From Octopus bimaculoides (taxonomy: Eukaryota), in the NCBI RefSeq assembly GCF_001194135.2, contig NC_068997.1, positions 36,237,394-36,274,809 on the forward strand: DNA of 37,416 nt. The letters are read 5' to 3'. Below are positions 21,235 to 33,783 of this stretch, piece after piece. Numbering within the stretch: the first letter of the stretch is position 1; every line of letters starts with the position of its first letter. A model generated the notes under the pieces. The model was not told where the DNA came from. It saw nothing but the letters and a program-made list of their open reading frames with translations, and made no database searches. The position numbers and the translations under genes are program-made.

Positions 21235-22530
21235 ACCTAATGCATAAGCTTGCAAGAAATGAAGCCAGTATGCTCCAATGGATGTGTAATGTAAGTGTGC
21301 ATACTCGACGGAGTGTAAGTATCTTGAGAGAAAAGTTAGATCTAAGAAGCATCCATTGTGGTGTGCAAGAAAGACGATTGCGCTGGTATGGACATGTGGC
21401 AAGAATGGATGAGGATAGCTGTGTGAAAAAGTGCCACGCCCTAGCAGTTGAGGGAACCTGTGGAAGAGGTAGACCCAGGAAGACCTGGGATGAGGTGCTG
21501 AAGCACGACCTTCGAATTTTAGGCCTCACCAAGGCAATGACCAGTGACCGGGACCTTTGGAAATATGCAGTAAGTGAGAAGACCCAGCAAGGCAAGTGAG
21601 AGCATAATCTGTGATCTCTGCCAGAAGTGTAGCCAGCTCACTAATTCGTATCTTTACTTCATTGGACACTAAAAACNNNNNNNNNNNNNNNNNNNNNNNN
21701 NNNNNNNNNNNNNNNNNNNNNNNNNNNNNNNNNNNNNNNNNNNNNNNNNNNNNNNNNNNNNNNNNNNNNNNNNNNNNNNNNNNNNNNNNNNNNNNNNNNN
21801 NNNNNNNNNNNNNNNNNNNNNNNNNNNNNNNNNNNNNNNNNNNNNNNNNNNNNNNNNNNNNNNNNNNNNNNNNNNNNNNNNNNNNNNNNNNNNNNNNNNN
21901 NNNNNNNNNNNNNNNNNNNNNNNNNNNNNNNNNNNNNNNNNNNNNNNNNNNNNNNNNNNNNNNNNNNNNNNNNNNNNNNNNNNNNNNNNNNNNNNNNNNN
22001 NNNNNNNNNNNNNNNNNNNNNNNNNNNNNNNNNNNNNNNNNNNNNNNNNNNNNNNNNNNNNNNNNNNNNNNNNNNNNNNNNNNNNNNNNNNNNNNNNNNN
22101 NNNNNNNNNNNNNNNNNNNNNNNNNNNNNNNNNNNNNNNNNNNNNNNNNNNNNNNNNNNNNNNNNNNNNNNNNNNGTGTAATCGTTACCAGTGTTGCCTC
22201 CTAGCACTTGTGCTGGTGGCACATTTAGAAAATCATTCGAGCGAGGTTGTTGCCAGTGCCGCTGGACTGGCTCCCGTGCAGGTGGCACGTAAAAAACACC
22301 TTTTTGAGCGTGGCCGTTGCCAGTACCGTGTGACTGGCCCTCGTGCTGGTGGCACGTAAAAGCACCCACTACACTCTCGGAGTGGTTGGCGTTAGGAAGG
22401 GCATCCAGCTGTAGAAACTGCCAGATCAGATTGGAGCCTGGTCCGCCTTCTGGCTTGCCAGTCCTCAGTCAAATCGTCCAACCCATGCTAGCATGGAAAG
22501 CGGACATTAAACGATGATGATGATGATGAT
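21235..22530 (+). mobile_element. RTE LINE 3' end (gap inside), nested in the hAT
   Basis: ORF to TGA at 21599: ERRLRWYGHVARMDEDSCVKKC...GRGRPRKTWDEVLKHDL. Modular UTR at 22180-22340 and (GAT)n tail at 22513-22530. Confidence 0.9.
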
Positions 22531-23502
22531 TTTACCTAATATGGCTGTAAAACAAAATATCACCTTAATCTTCTTGAATATAATTTATGATTTTGTTTTC
22601 TATTAATATATTTCAGTTTTTAAAAGATATTTTAAAATATTTCTGTCTTGAATTTTTTGATGTTCTACAGTTTGTTATTACTGTTATTTTCGTGTTGTTT
22701 TTTTAAAAGGAAGTATAATTTTGTCTGATGTTGCTTACCATATTTCCACTTTTGCAAAAATTTCACAGATGGCAGTCATTGTTGCTGGTGCTATCCTGTG
22801 ACTTTTCCTTCTAGTTTTGCTAATTGTTTTTTCAGGTTGTCTATACCCACCAATTTTTAACTATCTCTGCAAAATATTAGTTATTTTAGCAGCTGTCTAC
22901 TACTATAAGTACCTGACCATAAATAGATGGATGTATAAAAAAAGGAAAAAAAAAAAAGTTGAAGCAAACAAACAAATAAATGAATAAATAAGCTCAAGAA
23001 TCGTAACTAATAGCAAGACATCTTAATTGCAATTCAAAATATACTTTTCCTTCACAAAATGATTAGGGTCATTGCATCTGCAAATGTAACAAAAATAAAA
23101 GTAAAGCGTTATGCTTAAAAATTGCTATCAGATAGTTTAAAGTTTAGAGAGGTCTATGAAATACAAAATTTCTTCTCAAATTATATCTTCTGAAGTGATT
23201 CTGGCACCTTTTCATTTCAATTCAAGTGAAACATTTTGAAGAAAAGTAATTTTATGGAAACCAAATCTTTAATTTGTAATCCTTGATTTGCTGTTTCACT
23301 CGAACTCTTTTGTATTAAACTTTGATTAACTGTGTCAAACACATAAGAGTAATATAAATTCGTAAAGTGCCTGCCTTAATATACCTGTAGCAGGATTAAA
23401 TTAAGTGATTCTACATTGCTGTTATCAGTTCCAGCTTTCTTCCATTTTTGAAACTATTTTCATTTGCTTCTATTATATTTTATACTCTCAAAATATCCAA
23501 GA

Positions 23503-25952
23503 ATGTCATGGAAAATTCAACTGTCTGAAGCTCAGAAAAGAAAAATTTCTAAAGAAAAAAGTGAAAAAAAAAAAAATGCTGCTGTATTAGCAAAGACAAC
23601 ACCTTACAGAATTTTTCTTTGCTTCAAAAAAATGATGAAGAATCAGTACCAGATGTCTCTTTTGAGGAACCAGTCACACTCCCAAGTACATCTGCAGAAA
23701 ACAGGAAGACCGTATCACCTCAAAATATTGAAGACAAAGAACTATCATCTCTTACTGTCATGGATAGTAAAACGGTATCATGGGATCTAGACCCAGCCAT
23801 GTGGTTTTCTGTCAGAGAAAAGTATGTGCTCATGGTCTTTCAGGCAAAATCAGCCATGTGTCAAAATAAAAATGACTCCAACTCCCACCCAGAATCTCGA
23901 CACCATTATCAATCAGATGAAGGTAAACTGGTTGGGCACAACCATTATTTTAAAAATTCAATGTTTTACACAATTCATGAAAATGGTGAGCAGGTTTTAA
24001 GAAAGTGGCTCCTGTATAGCTCATCAAAGGGTGCAGTTTATTGCTTTTACTGTACCTTGATGTCAAGCTAATGTGATAAGTTTTCCAACAAGGAAGGCTT
24101 TAACGATTGAAAAAAAGCAGAGGAGAAAATGAAAACACATGAACAAAGTCAAGGCCACAAAGATTCTGTGTTGAAGTTCAACCTTTTATGTAGGGAATCT
24201 TTTCATGTTAACAAGAAGTTGGTAAAACAAGTCCAAGAAAACAAGAAATACTGGAGTATTGTGCTGAGTTGTGGCTGTGATAATATTTCTAGCTAAGAGA
24301 TGTTTGGCATTTAGAGGTAGTGAAGAGATAATAGGCTCTAAACACAATGGGAATTTTCTAGGAATTTCTAATGGGCCACTTGAAAAAATTTGACAATCCT
24401 GGAAGTGGTAAGCAGTCATACTTGTCACCTACCATCAACTAAGAAATTGCTTTATTCAGGGCAAAATATGTCAAGAATTATATTGTTGCAGAACTTAAAA
24501 CTGCCAAGTATTTCTCTGTTTCTGTAGATTCAACACCTGACCAGGCTCATGTTGACCAACTAACAGTTATTGTGCGTTATGTTATTTCTGGTAAGCCAAT
24601 AATAGAAAGGTTTTTAACTTTCCTGCAAACTGGTTCCCACAAAGCGGAAGTACTAGCTGCATCTCATTTAGAATTCCTAAAAAAAGAGGGTATAAATTTT
24701 GAAGACTGCAGGGGACAGTCTTATGACAACACCAGTAATATGTCCAGTCATTATACAGGAATGCAAGCCAGACTCAAAGAAAAGAAAAGAATCCGGTTGT
24801 AGTTTTCATTCCTTGTGCTGCTCATTCATTGAATCTTGTTGGACAAGCTGCTACTTCTTGCTGTTAGCTATTTCGGTTTCATACAAAGGTTATACACCTT
24901 TTTTTCTGCGCCAACACACACAGATGGGCAAATTTAATTAAATCATGGAAAGGCAATGACAGAGTGCTAACTTTGAAGTCCCTATCAGAAACAAGTTCAG
25001 CAAGAGCTGATGCTACTGAAGCCCTCGTTGATGGATACAGTTGCATCCAAAATGCATTCAGAGATATTGAAGATGATCTAGAACAAACACCTGAAGCAAG
25101 ATATGAAGCTCCGACATTGGTAGACAAAATGGATGGCTCTGATGGCTAAGACCTGGCATATAATTCTTGTATGGTTTAATAGTACAAATAAAGCTTTTCA
25201 AGGAGTTGAAGTTGATTTCAATAAAGTGATTGATCTTATTGATTCTATGGAAAGCTTTATAAAATCGCTTCAAAATAGGTACGAAGAATTGGGGTCGGAT
25301 ACCAGAAACATGTGCAGAAGCACAAAATATGAAGCAACAATAGGTAGACCAAGGAAGAGAAATAAACATGATGTAAATCCAGCATCAGCCTCTGAATAAG
25401 TTGTCTTTTCTGCAAGAGAAAAATTCAGATATGGAACTTTCAATGTTATTTTAAACCAGTTACCTGTTGCTTTACAAAAATGCTGAGTAGCCTATCAATC
25501 AACACATGACATGTTTAAAGTCATAGTGGACTTATGTAGTTTACCTGATGCAGAAATAAGATCTGAAGCTGTGAAAATCATCACTGCCTTCCCTTGTGAT
25601 CTTAATGAGGGGTTCATAGAAGAAATTGTACAGTTTGCAGCTTTTTGTAAGCTCAGGTCATGTTTTACCACATCTCAACAGGCACTTTTAATCCATAATT
25701 GTGGAAACTTTTCATTATGTTGATATAACTCTTAGAATATTTTTGAGCTTAATGGTCACAAATTGTTCAGGAGAGAGGTCATTCAGTAAATTGGGTCTGA
25801 TAAAGAATTACCTGAGGACCACAATGACCCATGAAAGACTAAGCGTTTGGTACCTGATGGATGTAGAGAGCAGTGTCCTAAAGACAATACAGTTTGAAGA
25901 ATTTGTTAAAGATTTTTTAAATGCCAAATGCAGAAAGAAAGACATTTTGTAG
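23503..25952 (+). pseudogene. hAT transposase pseudogene (ZnF-TTF / DUF4371 / hATC; ZMYM1-like or Tip100-type by inference)
   Basis: Collinear broken ORFs: WLLYSSSKGAVYCFYC, GNFLG, YFSVSVDSTPD..HVDQL, CRGQSYDN, FIPCAAHSLNLV, LKSLSET-SAR and NCSGERSFSKL..IKNYLRTTM. Several stops and frameshifts. Confidence 0.93.
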
Positions 25953-27513
25953 ATATTGATGTAGTATACAGCAATAAGTTGGTAAAACTTACTGTAATTA
26001 GTTTAGATGACAAAATTTTGCATTAACAGATGCGTTTAAACTTTCTCTGCTAACTTGTCAAATTCAATTACAGGCAAAATAAGGGTTTTGAGATTTAAAT
26101 CTGGTGATTTTCCAAGATTTTAAGTCTTGTTTCTGAGGGACTCACTGAATTTGAAATGCCCCAGGCCCCCTTTAGGTTAAATCCAGTCCTGCTTATCAGC
26201 ACATTATATTGAGTCTGATCTTTGATCCATACACTCAAGAGCCACTCCATTTTAAGATTCACATTAGATCTATAAAAAAATAATATCCAAGCAGTTAACA
26301 GAGAGGCTTTTTGAACACTTGCTCTTTGTTGTCATATTTTGTTACTATGATATATGTTGCAAGCTTTAATGTTTTGCCAATGTTGCTGATTAATTCCATC
26401 TGGTTTCTTTTCAGATATCTTAAAAAATGGCTGTGATCAACAATTTCCACAACAAAGAAGTAGTAAATAAATAGCACCAGGAAAGAATTGTTTTGTGAAA
26501 ACAAAAAACCGTTGTCTTATACCTATGAATGTAAGAATGGAAACAAGAGAATGAAAGAATGAAGGAGTGCAGTAGGAGAAAGTACTGTATGATTAGTTAG
26601 TTAAAGAGTTATCAGGACACTTCACCCTTGCACCTCCAACTTAAACTATAACAACTCTACACTCTACTCAAATATAGACACTGTTTTCATGCAAATACTA
26701 GTATTGTTGCTAGTCAGTTATTCAAAAGTTAATGGATTGGTAGTGGTAGTAGTGTTGGTTGTATTGGTTTTGGTATAGGTAATGTTAACTGAATAGTTGT
26801 TGTTGTTGAATCTCAAGTCAATTTCAGTGATATAAGACCAAATACGGTTTGATCAACTTTTAAAATACAGTAGGACACCACATTGTCTCATAATTGTCAT
26901 ATTTTAGATGGAGTAGCTTATCTGGTTCATACTATTTGCTGTTGTTGCTAATCATTAGAGAGTTAGTAAGTTAGTAATGGAGATTGTTGTGCTGGTTTTG
27001 GTGTTGATAGTAGTGGTGAGGGCTGACTGACTGACAGACAGACAGACTCTCATTAAGACTCAAGAAAATATACATAAACACATAAAATTAGGATATTCTA
27101 GCTTTTCAAACTGTTAACTATACTTTGATTTTAGATAAAATGCTCAGAAACAGTTTTTTAGTTGAGAAGGTGCAGTTTTTAACTTACCACAATTTTTCAT
27201 AAAGGCAAAATCACAGACCACATCCCAAAATTGTGTTCATACTTAACAATTTCTTTAAGTGCAACATCCCACAATCTGTGATGGCCATAATGTGTGGGAT
27301 GTCTATATTAACATCATAATAATTCATTTAGGGAAATAGTTTACACAGATAGGGTCTTTGTTGTAACTTTGTATACAACAGCTCTAGTAATTTGTGGTTA
27401 CTACAATTATGTACTTGCATTATCCTCACTTTTAGGTTCTCTTTTCCATACTAATGTGGGCTAGATAATCATAGTCTAGACAAATTCTTATTTAGAGTTA
27501 CTAAGAACTGACT

Positions 27514-27515
<2 letters not shown>

Positions 27516-27565
<50 letters not shown>
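27516..27565. repeat. (TA)n microsatellite, ~25 units
   Basis: Seen directly. Other microsatellites: (TA)n at ~8133 and ~32561; (GT)n at ~14168 and ~30858; (CA)n at ~8725, ~31103 and ~32039. Confidence 0.95.
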
Positions 27566-27567
<2 letters not shown>

Positions 27568-27790
27568 TCCTCATCATCATTTAACATTTTTTTTCCATGC
27601 CTGCATGGGTTGGATGGTTTGACAAGAACAGATGAGCCAGAGGACTCAGCCAGGTTCTATGTCTTGTCATGGTTTCTACAGCTGGATGCCCTTCCTAATG
27701 CTAACCACATAGCAAAGTGAACTGGGTACTTTTTATGTGGCACCAGCATCAGTGAAGTTGCCAAGTACCTGCAAGTACCAAATACTCCTT
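27566..27790 (-). mobile_element. RTE 3' tail fragment
   Basis: catcatcatttaacat...ccatgcctgcatgggttggatgg...ctacagctggatgcccttcctaatgc. Confidence 0.8.
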
Positions 27791-28394
27791 AAGACTGGAG
27801 GAATAAAAACTTTGATACAGGGAGAGGAGCAGATGTCTTGCTGAAGAGGTGAATACATGTTTTGCCCACCTGGAAAGTAAGAGAGAGAAAGAGAAGGAAA
27901 GAGATGTGAGATTCAGGTACAATATTAATATGAAACAGAATAGGACAGAAGAGGGGAAAAGGTGAATGTGTAGGCTAGTGCACTGAGTGAAAATAGTGTG
28001 ACATGGTTAGGAATAGAGATTGAGTTGGATGCAGAGGATATCAGTTCAGTGTAGGAGGAAGTGAAGGAAATAGAGTAACACAGAAGAGTGGATGTTAGTA
28101 AATGAGTTGTGGAGGAAAGCTTGACAGTATTTAAATGTAAGCTACTGTAAGTTTCATGCTTAGACAACTCAATGATTAGACAAGCACGTATAATGTGCAA
28201 ACAGTACATGGCATGCTTTACAAGCTCATCCAATTATTATACTCTACAAATATGAAACATTATTTCACATTTAAATCCTGTGTTTATTAAATGATATTTA
28301 CTTCTTGCTGGATGTAATACTTTATTTGTTGATCCTTCAAATAACAGATCAGTACACTACGTATATATCACCAACAAAGGAGCCAGTCATTTAA

Positions 28395-29190
28395 GTTGAC
28401 AGCAGAATGACAGATGTAGTAATGAAGGATATGAAGGCAAGAAAGGTTCCTGATCCATCAGGAATTATTGCTAAAATGCTTAAAATATTTGGTGGACTAT
28501 GAGGTAGCACTTGAAGGCATCATACTTAATGACTGGAATAGGAAAATCTCAACTGTTACAAAGGTAAAGGAGACGCCTTTCAGAGATATATTTAAAGAGA
28601 TATCATATTGTTGGATCAGATTATAAAAGTTACAGAAAGACTTACAAATCAATTGATAAGAAAGGGAGTTAGTCTAGATGAGATATATTTTAGCTTTGTG
28701 CCAAGAAGAAATGCTATTGACACCATCTTCCAAATAAGAAAACACAGAATACGCTACAAGTAAACCAGTGAACTCAGCATTCATCAATCTGAAGAAAGCC
28801 TTCAAGAGGGTCCCTCGGACTGTGGTCTGGTGTTTGCTGAGAAGACAAATAGAAGTCATGAACAGAGATGCTATCAGTAAGGTAAGAATTAACAATGAGC
28901 ACAGCAATGAATTTGGCATACAGGTAGTGCTCTACCAGGACTCAGTTCTCAGTCCATATATATTTATTATAGTCCTCAAGGCCATAACAAGGGAGTTTAA
29001 GACCAGATGCCCTTGAGAACTCTTATACGTTGATAACATAGTCCTTATAACTGAATATGTAATAGGATTAGAAGAAATTCCAGATATGGAAGTAAAACCT
29101 GGAATCAAAAGTTCTTAAAGTGAACTTAGCAAAGTCTAAAGTATTGGTAAGCAGGAAAATAGATAGAACTCGCTTTCATCATGGAAATGA
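28395..29190 (+). mobile_element. RTE LINE RT fragment, decayed
   Basis: NCYKGKGDA, LKKAFKRVP, YQDSVLSPYIF and CP*ELLYVDN (degenerate YADD). Confidence 0.8.
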
Positions 29191-29197
29191 CCTTGCT

Positions 29198-29410
29198 CAC
29201 CATCATCATCAACATCCATTTTCCATGCTGGCATGGATTGGACAGTTTGACAGAAGCTGGCAAGTCAGAGGACTGTGCCAAGTTCTACTGTCTACTTTGG
29301 CATGGTTTCTAAGTCAGGATGCCCTTCCAAATGCCAACCACTTTACAGAGTCTGCTGTGTGCTTTTTATGTGGCACCAGCAATGATTGTGTCATCAAGTA
29401 ACTTACAGGA
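29198..29410 (-). mobile_element. RTE 3' tail fragment
   Basis: caccatcatcatcaacatccattttccatgctggcatggattggacagtttgac. Confidence 0.75.
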
Positions 29411-29644
29411 TTGTAATGACTTGGCTAACCCATACCAGCATTGAAATTGGACATAAAAGATGATGATAGCTAGATTGATACAAAAATATGAGCAAGACTT
29501 AATTCTTCAAACTGACCAAGAGATCAATAACTCTACATAAAAACTGAATCAGACCACAACAACCCATCCAGCCCATGTTAGCATGGAAAGCAATCAAAAT
29601 GATGGTGATGCATACATACACAGATAGACAGAGACACACATATA

Positions 29645-30375
29645 TTAGGTTGTCAGACAAATTCGTTAGATTTTTCCATTTTAATCTTTATTTTTCATCA
29701 ATTTTAACAAATCAGTTAATGACATATTCTCCTTCATTGTTCACAACTTCTTTCCCATGTTCTTGGCTTAAAGAATTCAAGTCAGGTTTTCAGCTCCACA
29801 TCATTGTTGGACAGAATGCCTTACAAACCACCGGACAGCAACCATAAATAATAATCTGAAGGTGCTATATCAGGAGAATAAAGCAGGTACAGTAGAACCT
29901 TCTAACCAAGCTCTAGAGGAGCATCTTGACCAAATTAGTGATATAGTGAAGGGAGGGGGTGACAAGCATTATCAGGTTGAAGAATCACACCATGCTGCCA
30001 GTCAGATCATTTCAGAACATAAGGCTCTGCACTGACTATGTAGTTGTTTCAAGCATTCTGTCATGGATTAGGCCTTCCCAATCCTACCAAACACAGAATA
30101 TTGTCTTGTGTGGAATCAGCTCTTGTCTTCATTTGAGGTGTTGTCAGGGCTCAGTAATCCTTCACTCTGCTTCATATTCATTGTAAAGGCATCACTTTTC
30201 ATGGCTAGAAGCAGCAAAAATGTCTCTTTCATTCAAAACATGTAGCAGCCATACACCAAGATTTTGGATTTTACCCCTTGAATGAAGGTGATGAGCAATG
30301 GTATCATGTGAGCATCCCATCCCAGAGTCTGTGCAGTTGAATTTACCCTCTTTGAAGCATGAAAACCATTTCTGT
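29645..30375 (-). mobile_element. mariner transposon relic
   Basis: TA|TTAGGTTG terminus at 29643-52. Minus strand reads YSPDIAPSDYYL (~29845-29880), DNA(C)H and HDTIAHHLHSRGKIQNLGVWL. Confidence 0.8.
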
Positions 30376-30414
30376 GCAGTTTTCAGTAATAGTGCTTTCT
30401 CTATGAGAAGGCAC

Positions 30415-30565
30415 TATGACACTGGGAAGGGCATCAAACAGTAGAATCCATGACAAAACAGACATGCAGTCCTTGGACACATTGGTTCCTGTCAAGCCAT
30501 CCAACCCATGCCAGCATGGAACATGGATATTAAATGATGTCAATATGATGATGATGATGATGATT
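30415..30565 (+). mobile_element. RTE 3' tail fragment
   Basis: gggaagggcatc...ccatccaacccatgccagcatgg...(gat)n. Confidence 0.75.
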
Positions 30566-30677
30566 TCAAAAGGTATATTCCAAGGATATAGTCTTTCAAT
30601 AATTCTGAATGTTGTAAATAAGTACAGCCATGTCTGTATATATATATGTGTGTGTGTGTATATACACACATATATAT

Positions 30678-30830
30678 AGGCATGGTTGTGCGGTAAGATG
30701 TTTGCTTCCAAATCACATGGTTCCAAGTTTAATCCCACTGCACACCAACTTAGGAAAGTGTCTTCTACTACCAACCAAAGCCTTGGGAGTGGATTTGGTA
30801 GACAGAAACTAAAAGAAGCCCATCATATAT
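30678..30830 (+). mobile_element. tRNA-derived SINE 5' half
   Basis: aggcatggttgtgcggtaagatgtttgcttcc...gtggatttggtagacagaaact. Confidence 0.75.
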
Positions 30831-30851
30831 ATGTATATATTTATGTGCATG

Positions 30852-30895
<44 letters not shown>

Positions 30896-31102
30896 NNNNN
30901 NNNNNNNNNNNNNNNNNNNNNNNNNNNNNNNNNNNNNNNNNNNNNNNNNNNNNNNNNNNNNNNNNNNNNNNNNNNNNNNNNNNNNNNNNNNNNNNNNNNN
31001 NNNNNNNNNNNNNNNNNNNNNNNNNNNNNNNNNNNNNNNNNNNNNNNNNNNNNNNNNNNNNNNNNNNNNNNNNNNNNNNNNNNNNNNNNNNNNNNNNNNN
31101 NN

Positions 31103-31136
<34 letters not shown>

Positions 31137-31139
31137 GTA

Positions 31140-32009
31140 CAGGGTGCAATGGGTAAATTCTCGCCATTTTATATTTTTAATCTTGCACATGTGCATTATT
31201 TGTTTCTGATTTTATTGACTACATGGTATAGTAGGGTCAGTTGGGCACTGTCTGTGAGAAAAATAGCACCATGATGCAATTCACTCTGTCAGAAACTTGG
31301 AAACGACATGCTGTACTGCTTGGCATTTGCACTGGAAGCTCCAATATGAACATTTCAGAGTGTTTGGGTGTCAATTTGAGGACATGTACTGAGAGTGATA
31401 AAAATTAAACATCTAGTCAACAACATGGTGTTTAGAGTGATCAATAGTGATGGCAAAATTATGCCTCCATTCATCTTCCCACAAGGCTTCAGACTCAACA
31501 TGGAGGTCTACATCAAGTGCTTGGAGGAAGTAGTGCTGCTCTGGGTCAAGAGGGTGGCTGCTGTCAGACATGGGGTCCCATGTCTGACAACAAGACTCTA
31601 CACCATGCCACACAAGCAGGAGAACCCAGTCATGGCTGTCAGACAATTTCTGCAACCACATCACTCCTAACATCTGGCCACCTAACTCCCCAGACTGCAA
31701 CCCCCTTGATTAAGGGTGCAGTTAAGCAAGACCAACAAAACTCCTAATAACACCAAAGATGAACAGAAGGCAAGGATTATGGCAACATTCAACAACTTAA
31801 ACAAGGAGACCATCCAGAAAAGTTGCAAGAGATTCCAAAGTTGTTGGGAGGCCATGGTTAAAGTCAATGGCGATTTTATTGACTAAATTTTCTCTTTAGT
31901 ATTTGAAGATATTTTTATGTAATTTTGGTAAGTATATCTGTTAAAATGAGATATCAGTGTTATTTTCATTTTTGCGTAATTTAGATGACAATTTATTCAC
32001 TGCACCCTG
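31140..32009 (+). mobile_element. DD37D (maT) Tc1/mariner element, internally deleted, both TIRs present
   Basis: TA|CAGGGTGCAATGGGTAAATT and AATTTATTCACTGCACCCTG|TA. QQD (31594) to WPPNSPDCNPLD (31708) spans exactly 37 residues. VFRVINSDGKIMPPFIF motif upstream. Confidence 0.9.
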
Positions 32010-32550
32010 TATACACATACACACACATACAGAAATATACACACACACACACACACACACATGACAGCTGCCCACTCATGATTGAGAATGACCATCACTG
32101 ATCATTAAGAGCATTGTGTTGAAAATTTAAACAGCCAATATAGGTTGCAGGCTCAGGAATGTGAGAGCACCATGATCTCAAGTGCAATTAAAAGATCCCT
32201 GAAATGTCCAATACTATTCCCAGTATATCCAGTTCTATAGCAGTCCTAGAGACATTTTAAAAAATCTGATGGATGTTTCACTTCCAGTAGTCTTCCAACA
32301 CACCAGACACCAACTCAGAATTTCTGGGTATCCATGCTATAGCTAGATAGTCATTGAACCTATACTGGGTTCATCCATCCTTTTGATAGGTCTGCTTTTT
32401 AAGTCCTCTTGGATTTCTAGTAACTATCATCACCAGGCTGGCCTGGAAGGAGTACTACTTTAGTCGCTAATGACCTGATTCATGCAACAAGATGTACTGG
32501 ATTTCATATTACCAGTAACACTCATGAGAAACCTTACAAGTGAACTGCCA

Positions 32551-32606
<56 letters not shown>

Positions 32607-32614
32607 ATTATCCC

Positions 32615-32800
32615 CACTTAATCACCATTTTCCATTCATGCATAGGATGGATGGTTTGACAGGAACTAGCAAGTCAGAAGACTGCACCAAGCTCTGCTAT
32701 CGCTTTGGTATAGTTTCTACAGCTGGATGCCCTTCCTTATGTCAAACACGTTACAGAGTGTACTGGGTGCATTTTACATGCCATCAGCATAAGATCCCAC
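32615..32800 (-). mobile_element. RTE 3' tail fragment
   Basis: ttttccattcatgcataggatggatggtttgac...ctacagctggatgcccttcc. Confidence 0.7.
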
Positions 32801-33199
32801 AACTGGATGCAGGGAGAAATATACTGAGGAGCAAAAAGATGTCTTGCATTAAGAGAACTACGGCTACTTCAGACACAGAGAGAGATGGTGAAGATGTGAT
32901 GGAGAGGGGGAAGGGGCCATACATCCAAGTAGTTACAGGGAGGTGTATATAGTAAAGTGGACTGGAGATTGGAGAGGGTGAGTGGGTGGATGAGTTCACA
33001 AGATTGCAAAAGGAGAGTGGGGGGCTGATGGGGGGATGTAATGAGTGTGTACAGGTAGAGGGAAGGAGTGTTAGGAGGGTATGTTGTGAGGAAGGAATTC
33101 AGCAGGGACATACTGTGTATAGGTAGCTACATGACAGAGGATGGAGGGAAGAGATATATAGCAGTAGTGAGTATGAGTGGGAAGGGAATGTGTTGGAAA

Positions 33200-33545
33200 G
33201 ATGGGGTTGTTGGGGAAGAGGGCCATGGACATAAAGGACATACCCTATATGGCCTCTATTTTACTTAACTGGGCAGGTCTTCACAAGCACAGCAAATCAC
33301 TAATTGTTTCAGTCATTTATTATCACCTCTGTGAGGCTCAACAGCTGAAGATCATTTCTCACCACTTTGTCACACATCTCCTAGGGTCTACCTCATCCAC
33401 AGATTCCCCCCACATTTAGAGGTAAGCACATCTTTATGCAGCTGTCCCCATCCATATGCATCATATGACCATACTAATGCAGTCTTCTCTCTTGCACACT
33501 ACAACTAATGCTTTACTTTGCCAGATATTTTCAGTATCTTGCTGC
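33200..33545 (-). mobile_element. RTE RT C-terminal fragment
   Basis: Reverse complement gives gcattagtatggtcatatgatgc...gatggggacagctgc...gtagaccctaggagatgtgtgac, like the RT tail at 21380-21520. Confidence 0.65.
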
Positions 33546-33567
33546 TTCTGAGCTTTCATATCCTTAA

Positions 33568-33783
33568 CCCTTTAGCATTTAAACAGGCACTATCTGGCCC
33601 AAATATTCTACCTATTTTATGTTGAAATCAGTCATATGTGGCCTCTCACACCTAACCTACAATGTCATTCTAGAAATAAACAATCACATCATTGAAATCT
33701 CAAAGCTACAAGATAATGATTAAGTCAAAACTATGTGAATAAAAAAGCATTACATTAGACAGAGTAATCTGAATGCTAAAGAG
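33568..33783. mobile_element. piggyBac-type MITE (216 bp)
   Basis: TTAA|CCCTTTAGCATT ... AATGCTAAAGAG|TTAA: 11/12 TIR match with a TTAA TSD. Confidence 0.8.

Larger units (their letters stand above)
13836..26191 (+). mobile_element. hAT DNA transposon with ~9 kb nested insertions, bounded by TIRs and an 8-bp TSD
   Basis: TSD CTTATCAG at 13828-13835 and 26192-26199. TIR CAGGATTGGATTTA (13836-49) and TAAATCCAGTCCTG (26178-91), 13/14 match. Shared subterminal tgccccaggcc. Transposase lies inside. Confidence 0.88.

Noticed and set aside
15524-22369. Long ORFs made mostly of X (also at 30.7-31.3k and 35.5-35.9k)
   Set aside because: Artefacts of translating N gaps.
27187-27302. Minus-strand donor GTAAGTT with an upstream frame LWDVALKEIVKY..., plus a 10-bp hairpin acatcccaca / tgtgggatgt
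   Set aside because: No CHMP5 exon 2 similarity, poor acceptor, in-frame stop. The short stem is unremarkable in a 37-kb window.
30635-31135. (TG)n...(CA)n inverted microsatellites around the gap, and similar pairs at 14161-14340
   Set aside because: Common simple-repeat pattern in this genome. The junction is hidden by the gap, so a cruciform cannot be claimed.
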